Notes under the pieces: generated by a model | Told to the model about the DNA's origin: nothing | Database searches by the model: none | The model's input: the letters and a program-made list of their open reading frames with translations, nothing else | In this document: in pieces, positions 47,680-51,572 of the stretch | Layout: every line of letters begins with the position of its first letter | Numbering within the stretch: position 1 is the stretch's first letter | Program-made: the position numbers and the translations under genes | Assembly: GCF_035615515.1 (NCBI RefSeq) | Contig: NZ_JAJENT010000802.1 | Location: 1 to 51,572, forward strand | Origin: Phormidium sp. CCY1219 | Lineage (GTDB): Bacteria; Cyanobacteriota; Cyanobacteriia; Cyanobacteriales; Laspinemataceae | DNA length: 51,572 bases | Reading direction: 5' to 3'

Positions 47680-48783
47680 TTAGCTGCAATGGGCCACGCA
47701 GCGATCGCGTCCCAGTTCTTTTGCCCGATAAAGGGCTTCGTCTGCTGCCCCCACGAGGGTTTCGGGAGTATGTTTGCAAGTCGGAATCATTGTCGCTACC
47801 CCTACACTCAGGGTGACGGTAGAACAAACCCGGGACTGGCGATGGGCAATATTTAACCCTTTGACCTGTTTGCGGATCTGTTCGGCGACGGTGAGGGCAC
47901 CGGCAGGGGGGGTATGGGGCAAAATCACGGCAAATTCTTCGCCGCCATAGCGGGCCACTAAATCTGCGGAACGCCGAACCGCCTCGCGCAAACGCTGGGC
48001 CACCTGTTGTAAGCAGCGATCGCCGGCTAAATGCCCGTAGGAGTCGTTATAAAGCTTAAAAAAGTCGATATCGCATAAAATCATGGATAACGGCGCATTT
48101 TCTCGCATCATTCTGCTCCATTCTTGCTTTAAGTAACTGTCAAATCTTCTGCGATTGGCGACTTGAGTTAACCCATCTAAACTGGCTTGCCGTTCTAATT
48201 GTTGGTTGGCGAGTGCTAAATCGCGATAGAGTTTTTGCAATAATTCCGTGGCTAATTCGTGAATTTTTGACTGGGCTAAGAGTAACTGGTGAACGTCGAG
48301 CAATCGATACCTACCCAACCCCATGTCTACGATAATGGGTTCGTAAAGTAAGTCCGGCGATCGATGCAAGGCTCCTTGGGCGGCGGCGACAATGGTGGCG
48401 GAACTGGAAAAAATCAAAGAGTCTGTACGGGCAAACCGATACAAAGTTTTGATGGGTCGTTTGAGAAATAACTCCAACCCGTAGGGGCGACTCATATGCT
48501 CGAAAAATCGCCGCCTAGATATCATCCCCAATAGTTCGCCGGATTCGATGAGGATGACTCCCGGTAACAGGGGATTTGCATTAAACGCTTCGGCAATTTC
48601 GCGCCCGCCTAATGACGATTCTACTTGAAAGTCATAAAGCGATAGTTCTTTCAGGCTGGATTCTAAATGTAAGGGTTGACTTTGCACTCGCGAGGAAAGT
48701 AAAAAGGAATTTTCAGTAGGGGAAGCACTCGACATTGTAGACTCTCCAGAAGTTATCGCCAGAAATTGATGAGCGCTCATCAT
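47680..48783 (-). CDS. diguanylate cyclase (GGDEF, GGEEF active site) with the same CBS-pair-like N-terminal sensor domain
   Basis: LDGLTQVANRRRFD..RYGGEEFAVILP. The N-terminus LESSLKELSLYDF..PLLPGVILIESGELLGMISRRRFFEHMSRPYGLELF aligns with the histidine-kinase N-terminus. Confidence 0.85.
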   Translation of the reverse strand: MMSAHQFLAITSGESTMSSASPTENSFLLSSRVQSQPLHLESSLKELSLYDFQVESSLGGREIAEAFNANPLLPGVILIESGELLGMISRRRFFEHMSRPYGLELFLKRPIKTLYRFARTDSLIFSSSATIVAAAQGALHRSPDLLYEPIIVDMGLGRYRLLDVHQLLLAQSKIHELATELLQKLYRDLALANQQLERQASLDGLTQVANRRRFDSYLKQEWSRMMRENAPLSMILCDIDFFKLYNDSYGHLAGDRCLQQVAQRLREAVRRSADLVARYGGEEFAVILPHTPPAGALTVAEQIRKQVKGLNIAHRQSRVCSTVTLSVGVATMIPTCKHTPETLVGAADEALYRAKELGRDRCVAHCS

Positions 48784-49116
48784 TCATCATTCGGTGGAAG
48801 TAGAAGCATTTGCTCGCGATCGCGTCTAGCCGGGAGGCGATCGCGATCGCCAGGGAATCTATGGCCGTTTTTCGACTGCGATCGCGCAGAGAAGCTGCAA
48901 CCGTTCCGTCTGCGTGGCTCCCTCGAGGGAGCGAGAGAATTTAGATACTAATATGTTAAACATTCCCCCGCTAATTGCAACATTTAATAAATATTTTTTA
49001 ATCATTAGCAACATTTTTCCTCAATTCTGTCATTTTTTTTAGCATTTCTGATAGTGCGTTGCCCCCTGAATATTACTATTTATTAATACAAATTTAACCT
49101 TTTCTTAAGTCTTGAC

Positions 49117-49160
49117 CCTGGATTGTCCGGAAAGGGCGATCGCGTGGCGGACAATCCAGG
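49117..49160. promoter_or_regulatory. 13-bp perfect inverted repeat with an 18-bp spacer (operator-like), upstream of the permease pair and partly overlapping a TTGACC -35-like hexamer
   Basis: cctggattgtccg (49117-49129) is the reverse complement of cggacaatccagg (49148-49160). Confidence 0.45.
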
Positions 49161-49345
49161 CAACGGCGGACGTACCACTTGAGCTTGTATATTGTTATGA
49201 TGTGGTCTGCCTAACATCCGAATGCCGCTTTGCGATGCGGGGGGTGTTTGGATCCAGGGTGCTGGCGCTAGCTCCCCTTGGAGGGATCGGAGCGCTGATG
49301 GTTCGGATCCCTCAAACCAGTTCCTCACTGCGAAACATAGGCCGT

Positions 49346-50404
49346 ATGAATCAACTACACAACGCCTTTACGCTCTTTATGAGTCTGCTCGTCGAAGCAA
49401 TGCCCTTTCTGCTGCTCGGAGTCCTGTTCTCGAGTTTGCTGCTGCTGTTTGTAGACGAGCGCCAATTGCTTGCGAAGTTACCGCGCCATCCCCTCCTGGG
49501 AGCCTTTATCGGCAGCTCGATCGGCTTTCTGTTTCCCGTCTGCGAGTGCGGAAACGTTCCGGTGGCGCGTCGCTTGCTGATGCAGGGGGTGCCTTCTTCG
49601 GTGGCGATCGGGTTTCTCCTGGCGGCCCCGACGGTGAACCCGATCGTGATTTGGTCTACCTGGAGTGCCTTTCGCGATCGCCCGGAAATGGTGGTGCTGC
49701 GAGTGGTCTTTTCCCTGGCAATTGCCACGATTATCGGCTGGGTCTTCAGCGCCCAAGAGGATTTAAAACCCATTTTACAACCCAGTGTGGTGCGCGCGAT
49801 TCCTAAAGCTGCGCCGAAACGGGAAAAAGCGGCGATCGCTTCCGACTCCCCCCTGTTGCAGTCGGGGACTTTCTTATTGGGAGAACCGGGCAAACCCATG
49901 CGCCTGGATACCGCTACCCTGCCCCCGGTGGAATCCGCTACCGCCGCACCGCCCAAGGGCTGGATGGGCAAATTACCCCTAAAATATCCGATCGACGCTC
50001 GCCGATGGCGGTTGTTTGTGGATAATACAATGGCGGAATTGCGCGAACTCGGCGGGGTGCTGGTCCTGGGAAGCGCGATCGCGGCGATCGTGCAAGTGGC
50101 TGTCCCGCGCGAAATTATCCTCAGCTTGGGTCAAGGTCCGGTTACTTCAATTCTGGCAATGCTCGTCCTGGCAACGGTGGTCTCGATTTGTTCCACGGTG
50201 GATGCCTTTTTTGCCCTGTCTTTCGCCTCTACCTTTACCACCGGCTCTTTGCTGGCATTTCTGGTGTTCGGTCCGATGATCGACCTGAAGGCGATCGGTC
50301 TGATGTTGTGGATTTTCAAACCCAAACCTATCGCTTATATCCTAATTCTCGCAGCACAATTAACCTTCTTCTTAACCTTGGCTTATAATCTAAAAATCGC
50401 CTAA
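49346..50404 (+). CDS. permease, DUF318/ArsP_1 (COG0701) family. Start revised to ATG 49346, because the track ORF starting at 49112 runs through the inverted repeat and promoter.
   Basis: MNQLHNAFTLFMSLLVEAMPFLLLGVLF.. gives multiple TM helices, with a conserved PVCECG motif in the third helix. Confidence 0.7.
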   Translation: MNQLHNAFTLFMSLLVEAMPFLLLGVLFSSLLLLFVDERQLLAKLPRHPLLGAFIGSSIGFLFPVCECGNVPVARRLLMQGVPSSVAIGFLLAAPTVNPIVIWSTWSAFRDRPEMVVLRVVFSLAIATIIGWVFSAQEDLKPILQPSVVRAIPKAAPKREKAAIASDSPLLQSGTFLLGEPGKPMRLDTATLPPVESATAAPPKGWMGKLPLKYPIDARRWRLFVDNTMAELRELGGVLVLGSAIAAIVQVAVPREIILSLGQGPVTSILAMLVLATVVSICSTVDAFFALSFASTFTTGSLLAFLVFGPMIDLKAIGLMLWIFKPKPIAYILILAAQLTFFLTLAYNLKIA

Positions 50405-50477
50405 TTCCTTCCGCCTGCTGACTTCCCCACTGCCTTTTCCGGGCATAAATTCAGCGGTAACTCTCTGCAAAAACTCT

Positions 50478-51371
50478 GTGCAACACTCCAGGATTTCGGC
50501 TGTGTTTCCCAGCAATTTATCCTCAATTCTGCACTGGCACCTCTACCCGCAAAACTGCACAATGGTTGTTCGTCGTTCTAATTCTTCTCGGTTCTCTCGG
50601 TTTGTCCCTTGGATTGATGTTCTGGCAATTTTGGCTTGGGGTATTTTGCTGCTCAAATATCGGGTAACGGGAGAATTAAATATCCTCATTCACCCCAACT
50701 ATTTTGCCCTAACGGTTCTCGGTGGGATTGCGCTGCTAATTGTAGGCAGTATTAAAGCAAAAGATTTACTCGATCGCCAGGGGATGTTCCCGGGAGGGGG
50801 AAACAATTCCGCGCGGGAGACGTTTCAAAGTAACGAACAGCATATTACTCTCTTTGCCCCGGGATGGAGTTCCGGATTGCTGTTGTTTGCGGCAATTTTG
50901 GGCTTTATTATCAGTCCCAGTGTATTTGCCAGCGAAAAAGCCCTGCAGCGCAGCGTGAATGACTTTTTGCCTGTCACCCGCGTGCAACCCCAGGCGTTTA
51001 CCGCTTCTGTCAAACCGGAGGAGCGATCGCTCATCGATTGGGTTCGTACCTTAGCCGTTTATCCGGAACCGGATGCATATGCGGGTCAAAAAGTCAAGGT
51101 GCAAGGCTTTGTCATTCATCTGCCCGAACCGGAACTCCCAGAGCAATATCTCCTGGTGGCGCGGTTTATCATCACCTGTTGTGCCGCCGATGCCTATCCG
51201 GTTGGTTTGCCGGTGAAACTGTCCCAAAGTCGCGACGCCTATCCTCCAGACACTTGGATCGAGGTGGAAGGTCAGATGATGACGGAAACCTTGGCGGACC
51301 GTCGTCAGTTGGTGATTCTCCCGAGTTCGATTCGCGAAATTCCCAAACCGAAAAATCCCTACGAGTATTAA
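50478..51371 (+). CDS. TIGR03943/DUF1980 (COG3689) membrane protein; the usual partner of COG0701 permeases
   Basis: N-terminal TM helices (VLAILAWGILLLKY; ALTVLGGIALLIVG) and a C-terminal domain with the CCAAD motif (FIITCCAADAYPVGLPV). Confidence 0.65.
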   Translation: MQHSRISAVFPSNLSSILHWHLYPQNCTMVVRRSNSSRFSRFVPWIDVLAILAWGILLLKYRVTGELNILIHPNYFALTVLGGIALLIVGSIKAKDLLDRQGMFPGGGNNSARETFQSNEQHITLFAPGWSSGLLLFAAILGFIISPSVFASEKALQRSVNDFLPVTRVQPQAFTASVKPEERSLIDWVRTLAVYPEPDAYAGQKVKVQGFVIHLPEPELPEQYLLVARFIITCCAADAYPVGLPVKLSQSRDAYPPDTWIEVEGQMMTETLADRRQLVILPSSIREIPKPKNPYEY

Positions 51372-51439
51372 ACCCTTAAATTGCATCCCCCCACCCCCGG
51401 GGGCGATCGGGTGGAACCCACCCTCACCTGCTTGCTGGA

Positions 51440-51572
51440 GGCTTACGCAATTAAAGCATTGCACATACGCCCTGCCTGCGCCTACGGCTTCATTATACCC
51501 CATGCTACTCTTGTTTGTCAAGGGTGAATCTGGATAAATGCTGGGTTTGGCTTACGCAATTAAAGCATTGCA
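51440..51572. repeat. direct repeat (GCTTACGCAATTAAAGCATTGCA, 2 copies 110 bp apart) at the window edge
   Basis: Exact 23-nt copies at 51440-51462 and 51550-51572 with related 5' flanks (tgctgg..gg). The window ends inside the second copy. Confidence 0.5.

Noticed and set aside
49112-49345. N-terminal 78 codons of track ORF 49112..50404
   Set aside because: This stretch covers the inverted-repeat operator and promoter-like DNA and has no membrane character. The permease starts at Met 49346.
51440-51572. CRISPR array
   Set aside because: There are only two repeat copies, 110 bp apart, and no cas genes in the window.

Overview
This is a chromosomal segment from a filamentous cyanobacterium. 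Two signals support that call: the HIP1 octamer GCGATCGC is extremely frequent (e.g. 150-157, 169-176), and there are two composite arrays of the STRR2-type heptamer TTGGTCA (4187-4548 and 45528-45750). GC content is roughly 50-55%.

The first 9.6 kb holds housekeeping genes. A minus-strand sugar-modification run contains a family-1 glycosyltransferase, a HI0933-type flavoprotein and an RmlD-like SDR. After it come a DUF4112 membrane protein, a vWA-like protein, ligA, a solitary divergent atpC-like gene, and a 52-aa rubredoxin that is missing from the ORF track.

The rest of the window is accessory and signalling-rich:
- A 920-aa response regulator with four receiver-like domains, a winged helix, an Hpt domain and a GGDEF domain, preceded by a 1-kb leader.
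- A decayed major-vault-protein (MVP) homolog, convergent with an NfeD-like OB-fold gene.
- A six-gene cluster (15776-29843) encoding a double sigma-70-like HTH protein, a HEAT-repeat protein, a CHAT-TM-CHASE2 sensor protease, a secreted DUF928-like protein, a TPR-CHAT protease and a single-polypeptide TpsA+TpsB two-partner-secretion protein.
- A Uma2 endonuclease, with the C-terminus of a second copy at the window start.
- A 1914-aa S8/kexin-like protease carrying Calx-beta, PA14 and SH3b domains, divergent from a CAP/DUF5648-repeat protein.
- A NACHT-WD40 STAND NTPase with an unassigned 360-aa N-terminal domain, divergent from a Ser/Thr-kinase-WD40 protein.
- A histidine kinase and a GGDEF cyclase that share one paralogous CBS-pair-like sensor domain.
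- A COG0701/COG3689 permease pair preceded by a 13-bp perfect inverted repeat.

The two best candidates for an undescribed system are the CHAT/CHASE2/TPS/sigma-like cluster, which could be a sensor-protease signalling module, and the bacterial vault-protein remnant.

Most ORFs on the supplied track that lie antisense to, or out of frame within, these genes are shadow ORFs and were not called.
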